Shown: positions 1 to 8,844, counted from the stretch's first letter. The stretch: 64,000 bases of DNA from an uncultured Gammaproteobacteria bacterium (GCA_964522405.1 CAZFTR010000002.1:8032-72031), one strand, 5' to 3'. Made by a program: numbers and translations. The notes: a model not told the origin generated them from the sequence alone.

Positions 1-444
1 TACTTTGGTGGAATTCAAAATGAAAACAAAATTGATACTGAAAAACTAAAAAAAGAATACCAATATATTATTTTCAAGGAATTAAAATCTTGGAATATTA
101 AGAGGTGGCTTCGTGCATATTTTTCATTTAGTTTGTTTAAGTTTATTACTAGTAAAAAACAAGCACTCGGAAATGATCCTGGAAATAGATTTTTTTATAT
201 TGCTTCAAATGGAATTGTTTTTCCATCAGTAGTTGATAATTTTCCAATGGGTAATATTGAAGATTTTAATTCTTGGGATGAGTTGTGGAGTGGTGGAGCT
301 GCAGAAAAAGCTAGAAAAGATGTAGAAGAAAGAGGTCAGCCAGCTTGGATGATTTGTACAGCGAGAACTGCTATGAAAAAATATCCTCTTAAGGTTGGAT
401 TTTGGATTTTGAAAAATAAGTTTAGAAAGTCAATTAATTTATGA
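1..444 (+). CDS. C-terminal part of a radical SAM/SPASM-like protein (5' truncated by window edge)
   Basis: Frame is open from base 1 (YFGGIQNE...). The segment FFYIASNGIVFPS...MGNI...WMICTAR resembles a SPASM domain. Its stop overlaps the next ATG (ATGA). Confidence 0.6.
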   Translation, partial: YFGGIQNENKIDTEKLKKEYQYIIFKELKSWNIKRWLRAYFSFSLFKFITSKKQALGNDPGNRFFYIASNGIVFPSVVDNFPMGNIEDFNSWDELWSGGAAEKARKDVEERGQPAWMICTARTAMKKYPLKVGFWILKNKFRKSINL

Positions 445-1640
445 AGATTTTATTGGTAAATAAATTTTGGTACTTGCATGGCGGATCTGAGCGAGTTGTT
501 TTTGATACAAAAGAAATATTAGAAAAAGCCGGACATGAGGTAGAAGTTTTTGGTATGCAGCATCCTAAAAATATTTTTGAAAATAAATTTTTTACTGACC
601 AAGTTGATTATCACAATATAAAAAGTTATAAAGAAAAAATTAAAGCCGGATTTAAAATTATTTACAACAAACAAGCCAAAGAAAATTTTGAAAAACTAGT
701 TGATGAGTTTAAACCGGATATAATTCATTTTCATAATATTTATCATCAGCTTTCTTTTTCCATTTTTGAAGTTGTAAAAAAGAAAGGTATTCCAAGTGTG
801 ATGACCCTTCATGATTATAAAATGATCAGTCCAAATTACAATTTATTTCATGATGGAAAAATCTGTGAAAAAAGCTTAGGTGGAAGTTTCTATAAAACTA
901 TTTTGCATAATTGTACTGGAGTTTTATTTCAATCAATAGTTCTTGCAGTTGAAGCTAGTTTTAGAAGATTTAAAAATTATCAATCTATTATAAAAAAATA
1001 TGTTTCCCCGTCTAAATTTCTTGAACAAAAACATATTCAAGCTGGGTATGAGGAAAATGAAATTGAAGTAATAAAAAATCCAATTAGTTTTTCTGAAAAA
1101 CTAAAGATCAAAGATGGTAAAAGAGGAGTGGTTTTTGTTGGTAGAATTTCAAAAGAAAAGGGCATTGAAGTTCTAATAGATGCTGCTCAAAACTTAAAAG
1201 AAATTAGTTTTAAAATTATTGGAGATGGATCGCAGAAAAAATTTCTTGAAGAAAAATGCCAAAAAGAAAAAGTTGAAAATGTTAAATTTACTGGTGCTTT
1301 GTACGGAGAAGAATTAAAAAAAGAAATTAGTTCTGCAAGATTGATGGTTGTGCCCTCAATTTGGTATGAAAATGCACCATTAGTAATTGCAGAAGCAATT
1401 CAGGGTGGGACTTTGGCAATAGCTAGTGATATTGGAGGAATTTCTGAGCTCTTGTCTGGCAATCTTCTATTCAAAGCGGGGGATAGTGCTCAACTTGAAA
1501 AAAAGATATCTGAGTGGTATGGTAAGTCTTCTGCAGAGTATATAGCTTTGGTTGAAAAGCTCTTTGTTGAACTTAAAAAAGAGCATAGTCCAGATACTTA
1601 TCTTCAGAATTTAGAAAAAATATATTCAGAGCTGATTTAA
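441..1640 (+). CDS. Glycosyltransferase family 4 (GT-B)
   Basis: MKILLVNKF..GGSE start, TLHDY, FVGRISKEKG and PSIWYENAPLVIAEA motifs. Confidence 0.93.
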   Translation: MKILLVNKFWYLHGGSERVVFDTKEILEKAGHEVEVFGMQHPKNIFENKFFTDQVDYHNIKSYKEKIKAGFKIIYNKQAKENFEKLVDEFKPDIIHFHNIYHQLSFSIFEVVKKKGIPSVMTLHDYKMISPNYNLFHDGKICEKSLGGSFYKTILHNCTGVLFQSIVLAVEASFRRFKNYQSIIKKYVSPSKFLEQKHIQAGYEENEIEVIKNPISFSEKLKIKDGKRGVVFVGRISKEKGIEVLIDAAQNLKEISFKIIGDGSQKKFLEEKCQKEKVENVKFTGALYGEELKKEISSARLMVVPSIWYENAPLVIAEAIQGGTLAIASDIGGISELLSGNLLFKAGDSAQLEKKISEWYGKSSAEYIALVEKLFVELKKEHSPDTYLQNLEKIYSELI

Positions 1641-1641
1641 T

Positions 1642-3642
1642 ATGTTCAAGCATTCTAAAAAGTTTTTCTTAACAAGCTTATTAATTTTGCTTTCTTTTGT
1701 TTTTTTAGCAAAAGATGTTAATACTAGTCATAGCAATTATCCCATGAAAGCAAATTATTACCTTGCCCAATTGAAAGACTCCCCAAGTTTTATTGAGGAA
1801 ATTTCAAAATATGACCTGCTTATTTTGACACCCAGTCAAATATACACTCACCCAATAGTGATAAGTAAAATTAAAAAAGCAAATCCAGATATAATCATCT
1901 TGGCTTATGTTCCGAGTCAAAGTTACAATACCAGATATTGGTATTCAAGTCCGGTTTACAGACATTTAAAACCAAAGAAAACCTGGTGGCTGCGTGATTC
2001 TTCAGGTAATCCTATTTCTTCTTGGAAAAATATCAGAAATACTAATATGAGCGAGGAGTGGTCTGATGATTTTCTGGCATTTGTGAACAAGCAAATCGCG
2101 TCTATAAAATATGTTGATGGGATATTTTTTGATATGGTTTCTCATAATATTTCTTGGATAAATCATGGTGATATTGATATAAATCAAGATGGTAAAAAAG
2201 ACACCCCAGAGTTAGTTGATGCAATTTGGAAAAAGAGAACAGAGTATTTTTTTAAAAAAGCAAAGCAGGATTTGAAAACAGACTTAATTGTTATAAATGG
2301 AACTTCAGAGAGTTTTCTTCAAGAGTTTGTAAATGGAAGAATGTTTGAAAATTTTCCAACTCCTTGGGAAGGTGATGGAACCTGGTCAACTATTATGAAT
2401 CGATTGGTTAAAAACATAGAACTAAATCAAACTCCAAAGACCATGATCATAAATAGTAATACTGCAAATACCGGTAAACAAGACGATTATCAAACCATGC
2501 GTTTTGGTCTAACCAGTGCGCTTTTAGAAGATGCCTATTTTTCATTTGATTTTGGTGATGAGAATCATGGACAGCTTTGGTATTATGATGAATATGATGT
2601 TGACTTAGGAGATCCCCAATCTGAATCTTTTTCTGAAAAACAATTATCAAAATATGTCCCGGATATTTGGCGACGTGATTTTGAAAATGGAATTTCTGTA
2701 ATAAACAGTACTTATCAAAAAAGATTGGTTGATCTTGGTGGTGAATATGAAAAAATCTATGGTACTCAAGATAGGCAGGTAAATGATGGCTCAATTGTTT
2801 CAGAAGTTGAACTTGATTCAAACGATGGGATTATTTTATTAAAAACTTTTTCAAATTTTAAAAACTTACTTTTTAAAAATGGATCTTTTGCTAGATTTTT
2901 TGATGATACCGGAAGAAGATTGAGAAATGGTTTCTTTGTTTTTGAAAAAAAATATCCTGGCGGGCAGTATATTGCTCATCTTGATATGAATGGTGATCAG
3001 AAAGAAGACCTGGTTTTGCTCAGAGGTAATAAATTAGTTGTTTTGCGTCATGATGGTATGAGACTGATGAGTAAGTATCCATATGGCGCCAGCTACAAAG
3101 GTCAGATAAAATTATCTATTGGTGACATTGATAAAAATGGAAAAATGGAAATTGTTGTTGCACCAGGTAAGGGAAGTTCAGCTCCAATAAAAATATACTC
3201 AACTTATGGAACAGTTAAAAAGGATCATTGGTATCCGTTCGGAGAAGGTTACAGAGGTGGGTATAGTATTTCCATCAGTGATTTTGGAGAAGAAAATTCA
3301 GAAATTTCAATTGGTACGGGAGTTGGTTTAGAGCCTCGAGTTTATTCTTATGATGGTGATTATAATTTAAAAAGGCATCTCTTAGTTTTCGAAAGAGATT
3401 TTCGTGGTGGAATAAATTTAGCTTCAGGAGACTTAAATGGTGATGGTATAGATGAGTTAGTTGTTGGTGCTGGTGTTGGTAAAAAACCAATTATAAAAAT
3501 ATTTGATAAATTTGGAACTCAGATTTCTTCGTTTGAGGCATACCAGACTAATTCAAAATCAGGAATAGATGTGGGGGTGATGGATATTAATTTTGATGGC
3601 ATTGAAGATATTGTTTCTTTTTCTTCCGGGCTTGATAGATAG
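1642..3642 (+). CDS. Secreted putative glycoside hydrolase (TIM-barrel, GHL15-like) fused to C-terminal FG-GAP/VCBS repeats
   Basis: Signal peptide; DGIFFD and NGRMFENFP; WRRDFENG; repeated GDxxGDGxxExVV motifs. Confidence 0.7.
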   Translation: MFKHSKKFFLTSLLILLSFVFLAKDVNTSHSNYPMKANYYLAQLKDSPSFIEEISKYDLLILTPSQIYTHPIVISKIKKANPDIIILAYVPSQSYNTRYWYSSPVYRHLKPKKTWWLRDSSGNPISSWKNIRNTNMSEEWSDDFLAFVNKQIASIKYVDGIFFDMVSHNISWINHGDIDINQDGKKDTPELVDAIWKKRTEYFFKKAKQDLKTDLIVINGTSESFLQEFVNGRMFENFPTPWEGDGTWSTIMNRLVKNIELNQTPKTMIINSNTANTGKQDDYQTMRFGLTSALLEDAYFSFDFGDENHGQLWYYDEYDVDLGDPQSESFSEKQLSKYVPDIWRRDFENGISVINSTYQKRLVDLGGEYEKIYGTQDRQVNDGSIVSEVELDSNDGIILLKTFSNFKNLLFKNGSFARFFDDTGRRLRNGFFVFEKKYPGGQYIAHLDMNGDQKEDLVLLRGNKLVVLRHDGMRLMSKYPYGASYKGQIKLSIGDIDKNGKMEIVVAPGKGSSAPIKIYSTYGTVKKDHWYPFGEGYRGGYSISISDFGEENSEISIGTGVGLEPRVYSYDGDYNLKRHLLVFERDFRGGINLASGDLNGDGIDELVVGAGVGKKPIIKIFDKFGTQISSFEAYQTNSKSGIDVGVMDINFDGIEDIVSFSSGLDR

Positions 3643-3681
3643 TTTCTAAAATTAGAGTTAATATTTATTTAATGTTTTTGA

Positions 3682-3709
3682 TTGACAGGTTTTATCTTTT
3701 TGATACAAT
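3682..3709 (+). promoter_or_regulatory. sigma70-type promoter
   Basis: TTGACA (3682-3687), N16, TACAAT (3704-3709) with extended TG. Confidence 0.65.
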
Positions 3710-3760
3710 GTAATTAAAGGGAACTGCTGATAGTTAAACTATTGGTTATCTATTCTTACT

Positions 3761-3794
3761 ACTAAAAAACTGTCCATTTGGGCAGTTTTTTAGT
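3761..3794. terminator. Intrinsic terminator (bidirectional)
   Basis: actaaaaaactgtcc-attt-gggcagttttttagt hairpin flanked by A/T tracts. Confidence 0.7.
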
Positions 3795-3843
3795 TTAAGG
3801 ATTATTTAATCGTGTTTTTTGTACAATGATATTGGTGGATTTT

Positions 3844-3976
3844 GGGTCAGTAGTTTAATTGGTAAAATAGTTCCTTTGGTAAGAAAAGATCGGAGTTTCC
3901 CGACTCGATGTCGGGATCCCGATGACCATTCGCTTTTAAAAAACAAGTATCGGGACAATTCTCCGCTGATCCACCA
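3844..3976 (+). tRNA. tRNA-like gene (Ala-type acceptor, degenerate anticodon arm) with a 58-nt insertion in the T-loop; possibly a pseudogene
   Basis: Acceptor GGGTCAG/CTGATCC+A+CCA; D-arm GTTT-AATTGGTA-AAAT; T-stem CGGAG/CTCCG with loop TT[insert 3898-3955]CAATT. TACAAT at 3822-3827 upstream and a terminator downstream. Confidence 0.75.
3898..3955. repeat. Double palindromic insert (TCCCGAC..GTCGGGA plus TCCCGAT..ATCGGGA)
   Basis: Two adjacent hairpins, both closed by TCCCGA/TCGGGA. Confidence 0.8.
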
Positions 3977-3978
3977 TC

Positions 3979-4007
3979 AAAAAACACCTATTTGCTAGGT
4001 GTTTTTT
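3979..4007. terminator. Bidirectional intrinsic terminator
   Basis: aaaaaacaccta-tttgc-taggtgtttttt between the convergent tRNA-like and GT genes. Confidence 0.8.
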
Positions 4008-4027
4008 AATATTTTTGATTATTCATT

Positions 4028-5206
4028 TTAAATATCTTGATGTCTGGTTTTCAAAGATTTCAATTTAACCGGTTTGATATTTTGGTATAGTTTGATAATT
4101 TTTGGAATTGTACTATCCCAACTGTACTCAACTTGAATTGTTTTTCGATTTTGTTCAATTATAGTTTCCTTTTCTTCTTTTGATATTTGCATGAATTCGT
4201 AAATCGCTCTCACAATATCATTAACATTATTTTCTGTAAATATCATTCTGCTATCTTTGATAAGCTCAAGATGTTCTGCAATATTTGAAACCAGGGCAGG
4301 GGTTCCATAGTTCATAGCATCAAGCACTGTAATAGGTAGTCCTTCATTCATGGATGGGTGAACGAGCGCCATTGCATTTGAATACAATTCTTTCAGTATT
4401 TCTCCGGATTGAAAATCAGTAAAAATTATATCGTTACAAATACCTGCTTGTTTTTGAAGTGATGAAACATATTCATCTGTGTAAACAGATCCGCCAACAA
4501 TTGCAAGTTTAAGATTTTTGATTTCCAAGTCATCTTTGTATTCTCTTTTTAAATTACAAAATGCTTCCACAAGCAAGTGCGCGCCTTTGTGAGGAATTAA
4601 GCGCGATATCATGGTAATGTATTTACCTTTTTTTAATCCAAATTCTTTTATTAGTGTTGACCCGGAATCCAGTTTGCTTGGTTTTACAGCATTTGGTATA
4701 CAGTGGGTTTGTTTATCAAATTCTTTTAAACAATATCTTTCCAGGCTTCTTGATATGGTAATTGTTTCATGAGCAAAAGTACAAGCTGACCATTCACCAA
4801 TATGCAAGACAATTCTAGCAAATAAACCCCATTTTTTGTGGTATCTGTCGATTGAGTGAAAGGTTGTAACTACTTTTGTCTTGGGTGCAAAGATTCTAGG
4901 TATCCAAGAGAGAAGAGATGGTCCAACGCCGTGGTAGTGAATTACATCATATTTTTGGAAAACTGCATGGAGAGAAGAAGCAAGAACATGAGTTATGGTA
5001 TCAAAATGTTTAGTGTGAATACTTGGAATGTTGATTGTTTCTACTCCATCAATATTTCCTTCTCTATTTTTGGTATACCAGCCACGATTATAAACAGCAA
5101 CTTGATGTCCAGCTTTAACAAGGTGCTTTGAAAGCCCTTGTACATGTTGCTCAACACCGCCGAAGCTGGCTGGCATTCCTTTTTGTCCGATCATTGCAAT
5201 CTTCAT
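4028..5206 (-). CDS. Glycosyltransferase family 4
   Basis: MKIAMIGQKG..GGVE and PSMNEGLPITVLDA. Start moved to 5206 because a TTGACA-N17-TAGAGT promoter lies at 5245-5217. Confidence 0.92.
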   Translation of the reverse strand: MKIAMIGQKGMPASFGGVEQHVQGLSKHLVKAGHQVAVYNRGWYTKNREGNIDGVETINIPSIHTKHFDTITHVLASSLHAVFQKYDVIHYHGVGPSLLSWIPRIFAPKTKVVTTFHSIDRYHKKWGLFARIVLHIGEWSACTFAHETITISRSLERYCLKEFDKQTHCIPNAVKPSKLDSGSTLIKEFGLKKGKYITMISRLIPHKGAHLLVEAFCNLKREYKDDLEIKNLKLAIVGGSVYTDEYVSSLQKQAGICNDIIFTDFQSGEILKELYSNAMALVHPSMNEGLPITVLDAMNYGTPALVSNIAEHLELIKDSRMIFTENNVNDIVRAIYEFMQISKEEKETIIEQNRKTIQVEYSWDSTIPKIIKLYQNIKPVKLKSLKTRHQDI

Positions 5207-5332
5207 AGGATAGATTACTCTAGCATGAATTATTCTATTTGTCAATGGTTTAAATATAGTTTTCAAATCTGATTCCTTTGCTCAGATTTTCTCCTCTTTT
5301 CACCAATAGTTTTGATGAAAATAGGGGATTGG

Positions 5333-5372
5333 GCCGAGGTTCGCGGTGGATTTGACAGGTGCGAACCTCGGC
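5333..5372 (-). other. GC-rich 3' hairpin of high-GC cassette 1
   Basis: 12-bp perfect stem gccgaggttcgc/gcgaacctcggc with a 16-nt loop and no adjacent U-tract. Confidence 0.75.
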
Positions 5373-5408
5373 ATTCGATCATGGTGGGTGTGACGAAAAG
5401 TGTGACGA

Positions 5409-8400
5409 TTACTGGTGCGTGACCCAGCCGGAGCACTGCGGGGGCGCAGTGCCGCCCGACCAGCACTGGAACTTCAGCGCCGGCTTGGAGTCGTCGCAGT
5501 CGCCGAGCTGCTTGGTCGCTCCGTCGTAGTCGGCGTCCTTGGACGAACCGGTGCACTCGGCGTTCGAGGCTTGCGTGTCGTAGAGGCACGCGAACTCCGG
5601 CGAGAGCGACGGGTCTGCTCCGACCTCGGAGGGGATCACGCAGGGCATGGCGCAGCCGTGCGTGTTGGTGTATCCCTCCGGGGTGCCGGTCGTGAGACCG
5701 ACGAGGAAGCAGTCCTTGAAGCTATCGCAGGCGTTGCCCAGGCCGTCGTTGTCGAGGTCGGTCTGGTCCGGGTTGGCCGTGAGCGGGCAGTTGTCGGAGT
5801 TGTCCAGGACGTTGTCGTTGTCGTCGTCCTGGTCCAGCTCGTCGCACTGCCCGTCCGCGTCTGCGTCCGGTTTGTCTGCGTGCTTGCAGCCCGAGTCCGG
5901 GTCGCAGGAGTCGTCCGTGCAGGGGTTCTCGTCGTCGCAGGAGACCGAAGTCCCAGCGCACGAGCTGTCCTCGCAGAAGTCCTCCGCGGTGCACTCGTTG
6001 CCGTCGTCACACGGCTCGGAGTTGCTCTCGAACACGCAGCCCGAGTCCGGGTCGCAGGAGTCGTCCGTGCAGGGGTTCTCGTCGTCGCAGGAGACCGAAG
6101 TCCCAGCGCACGAGCTGTCCTCGCAGAAGTCCTCCGCGGTGCACTCGTTGCCGTCGTCACACGGCTTGCCAGTCTCCGGGAACTCGGCGCACCAGCCATG
6201 GTCGCCGCCGTTCGGCACGCAGGTCGTGACCACGCAGGGGTTCTCGCTCACCTGGCAGTCGGCGAGCTCGAGGCAGCAGTTGTTGATCTGCTCGGAGGAG
6301 CAGATCCCGCTCTCCATGTCACAGGAGTCCTCGGTGCACGCGTCCCCATCGTCGCAGTCCAGGTCTGCTTCACAGCAGTCCGAAACTTCCTGACCCTTGC
6401 ACTCGCCGCCTGAGCACTTGTCGTTCTCGGTGCACATCACTCCGTCGTCGCAGGTCACGCTGTTCGGCGTGTTCTGGCACTTGCCCGACGAGGTGTTGCA
6501 GAAGTCGTCCGTGCAGGGGTTGGAGTCGTCGCAGGAGACCGAAGCCCCCTTGCACTCGCCACCCTGGCAGAAGTCCTCCGCGGTGCAGGAGTTGCCGTCG
6601 TCACACGGCAGCACATTTGGAACTGACAAGCAGCCCGAGTCCGAGTCGCAGAAGTCGTCCGTGCAGGGGTTGGAGTCGTCGCAGGAGACCGAAGCCCCCT
6701 TGCACTCGCCACCCTGGCAGAAGTCCTCCGCGGTGCACTCGTTGCCGTCGTCACACGGCTCGGAGTTGGGCGTGGACACGCAGCCCGAGTCCTGCTCGCA
6801 GTCGTAGTCGTAGCAGGGCTCACCATCGTCGCAGGTGAGCGGGATGCCGGACTGGCATCCGTCCTCAGCGTGACAGGTCTCAAGACCATTGCACGCATCG
6901 GCGTCATCGCACTCGACCTGGGCCCCGAGCACGCATGAGCCGCTTTGGACGTCGCAGGTCTCCACGCCGTTGCACATGTTCGAGTCGTCGCAGTCTGCGT
7001 TTTCCTCGCAGCAGTTTGGGAGTGGAACTCCCGACTGGCAACCCAGAACCGGGTTGCACTGCTCGACCCCGGTGCACTCGTTGCCGTCGTCGCAGACGAG
7101 CGGGATGCCGGGGAGGCACTTGCCGTTCTCGACGTCACAGCTCTCCGCGCCGTTGCACATGTCCGAGTCGTCGCAGTCCGCGTCCACGTCACAGCACTCG
7201 TCCACCTCGGTGAACTGGCACTGATTGTTGACGCAGCTGTCCTCGCTGCACATGTCCGAGTCGTCGCAGTCCGCGTCCACGTCGCAGCAGTTGGGGCCGG
7301 AGGCGATGAAGGTGCAGGCCATCTCGATGGTGTCACAGACATCGAGCGTGCAGGCCGAACCGTCGTCGCAGTCCGCGTGCTTGACACAGCAGTTCTCGAC
7401 CGGGATGGCGAGGCACTCGCCGCTTTCCGAGTCGCAGGAGTCAGTGGTGCACGGGTCTGCGTCGTCGCAGACGATGTCCATGCCTTCCTGGCAGCCTTTG
7501 GTGCTGTCACAGGTCTCGACTCCGTTGCAGGCGTCTCCGTCGTTGCACTTGAGCAGGATGCCGGTCTGGCACTCGCCCTCGTGGCAGGAGTCGTCCTCGG
7601 TGCACGCGTCCCCGTCGTCGCAGGAGGCCCCATTGACTGGGGTGAATTCCTCCTGGTTGACTTTCGGCTTGCAGGCCAGACAGGGGTTGCCGGGGTGGAT
7701 TTTATCGCCCTCCCAGCAGTTGGCCCCGATCAAGCACCACCCAGGCGTCGACGTGAACTCGCACTCACCGGAGCCTTCGTTGTCGCAGCTCTCGGTGGTG
7801 CAGCCCGAGCCGTCATCGCACCACTCCCGGTACTTGTTCTCGGCCGTGCCGTGGTGGATGCACTCGCCGGTTCCCATGCAGTTGTCAAGCGTGCAGGGGA
7901 TGCCGTCATCGCAGAGCGCCACCGAGTAGTCAAAGTTGTTCGTGCAGCCCGCGTCCGGGTCGCACAGCTCCACCTTGCATCCGGATGAACCGGGGCAGGT
8001 GACTGTGGAACCCAGGCATTTGCCGGCCTGGCAGGCGTCGTTTTCGGTGCAGGCGTTGCCGTCGTTGCACGGCGCCGTGTTCACCTCGTAGCTGCACCCG
8101 ACGTCCGGGTCGCACGAGTCGCTGGTGCACTGGTCACCGTCGTCGCAGTCCACGTCCTCGCCGATGCAGATCCCGTCCTCGCACATGTCGTTGACAGTGC
8201 AGGGATCGTCGTCGTTGCAGGACTTGGAATTGGGCTGGTGCTGGCACTGGCCCTCGACGCACTTGTCATCCGTGCACTCGTTGTCGTCGTTGCAGTCGTT
8301 GTCGCAGTTCGGCATGCCGGTCTCGCCCTGGGCGTCCTTGCTGTCGAACGGCTTGACCGCCACGTGCGGGGAGCACAGGTTGACGCCGGCGACGTCGCCC

Positions 8401-8507
8401 GACACCGCGTCCGCAGGGACACAGTCCTCACTGCCGACTTCACAGCCGATAAAAGTGATGGCGATGGCGATGGCGATGGCGACGATGCTCTTGTTCTCGG
8501 TCTTCAT
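5409..8507 (-). CDS. High-GC Cys/Asp-rich repeat (lipo)protein with Dictyostelium-type CDDGNxCTxDxC repeats and a C-terminal thrombospondin type-3-like Ca-binding repeat
   Basis: Signal peptide ending FIGC; many CDDxxxCTxDxC units; DxDxDGxxDxxDNCP..NPDQxDxDxDGxGNACD; SD GAGGA (8522-8518). Two sampled 60-nt lines were 62% and 65% GC. Confidence 0.88.
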   Translation of the reverse strand: MKTENKSIVAIAIAIAITFIGCEVGSEDCVPADAVSGDVAGVNLCSPHVAVKPFDSKDAQGETGMPNCDNDCNDDNECTDDKCVEGQCQHQPNSKSCNDDDPCTVNDMCEDGICIGEDVDCDDGDQCTSDSCDPDVGCSYEVNTAPCNDGNACTENDACQAGKCLGSTVTCPGSSGCKVELCDPDAGCTNNFDYSVALCDDGIPCTLDNCMGTGECIHHGTAENKYREWCDDGSGCTTESCDNEGSGECEFTSTPGWCLIGANCWEGDKIHPGNPCLACKPKVNQEEFTPVNGASCDDGDACTEDDSCHEGECQTGILLKCNDGDACNGVETCDSTKGCQEGMDIVCDDADPCTTDSCDSESGECLAIPVENCCVKHADCDDGSACTLDVCDTIEMACTFIASGPNCCDVDADCDDSDMCSEDSCVNNQCQFTEVDECCDVDADCDDSDMCNGAESCDVENGKCLPGIPLVCDDGNECTGVEQCNPVLGCQSGVPLPNCCEENADCDDSNMCNGVETCDVQSGSCVLGAQVECDDADACNGLETCHAEDGCQSGIPLTCDDGEPCYDYDCEQDSGCVSTPNSEPCDDGNECTAEDFCQGGECKGASVSCDDSNPCTDDFCDSDSGCLSVPNVLPCDDGNSCTAEDFCQGGECKGASVSCDDSNPCTDDFCNTSSGKCQNTPNSVTCDDGVMCTENDKCSGGECKGQEVSDCCEADLDCDDGDACTEDSCDMESGICSSEQINNCCLELADCQVSENPCVVTTCVPNGGDHGWCAEFPETGKPCDDGNECTAEDFCEDSSCAGTSVSCDDENPCTDDSCDPDSGCVFESNSEPCDDGNECTAEDFCEDSSCAGTSVSCDDENPCTDDSCDPDSGCKHADKPDADADGQCDELDQDDDNDNVLDNSDNCPLTANPDQTDLDNDGLGNACDSFKDCFLVGLTTGTPEGYTNTHGCAMPCVIPSEVGADPSLSPEFACLYDTQASNAECTGSSKDADYDGATKQLGDCDDSKPALKFQCWSGGTAPPQCSGWVTHQ
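5886..6166. repeat. Exact intragenic duplication, 150-bp period
   Basis: 5886-6016 is identical to 6036-6166. A second 150-bp-period near-identical pair lies at about 6498-6609/6648-6759. Confidence 0.85.
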
Positions 8508-8805
8508 TTGGTCTTAGTCCTCGGAAATAGGGTAGTCGGCCAGGCCGCGTTTTTGGTAGCGACCAGATTCTTGGAATCAGAAATCGAAATCGGAAACTTG
8601 GTCTTGGGATTTTCGTCAATTAGTTTCAGGCAAATGAATATCTGCCCTCCGTATTAGAGAAACAAGAAATTGCAGATCTAATACGAAGAACAGAAAATTA
8701 CCTAAAATCCACCATGATATTGTAAAGAACTAAGAACTTACCCATAATTATTATGAGTAAATTCTATTAGAACTATACCTCAAAACTTGAGATTTAGAAC
8801 AGGCA

Positions 8806-8834
8806 AGTATAGCATGTTTTAGTGCTTTTGTCAA
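8806..8834 (-). promoter_or_regulatory. sigma70 promoter of cassette 1 (about 290-nt leader)
   Basis: TTGACA (8834-8829), N17, TGc-TATACT (8811-8806). Confidence 0.8.
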
Positions 8835-8844
8835 GCTAAATATG

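Noticed and set aside
3844-3976. tmRNA (G3:U70, ...TCCACCA end)
   Set aside because: It has a full D-arm, is too short and has no tag reading frame.
5388-5408. gtgtgacga direct repeat in the 3' UTR of cassette 1
   Set aside because: Only two 9-bp copies with no counterpart in the other cassettes; insufficient support.
5886-6759. Regular repeats as a CRISPR array or DGR template/variable repeats
   Set aside because: They are in-frame coding repeats with no unique spacers, no adenine-specific mismatches, and no cas or reverse transcriptase gene in the window.
5263-8657. Many overlapping ORFs within the Cys-rich gene
   Set aside because: Shadow frames of a GC-rich repetitive CDS.
3969-8715. 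atccaccat direct repeat (tRNA 3' end and 8707-8715) as attL/attR of an island
   Set aside because: Only 9 bp, no integrase, and the interval includes a native low-GC glycosyltransferase.
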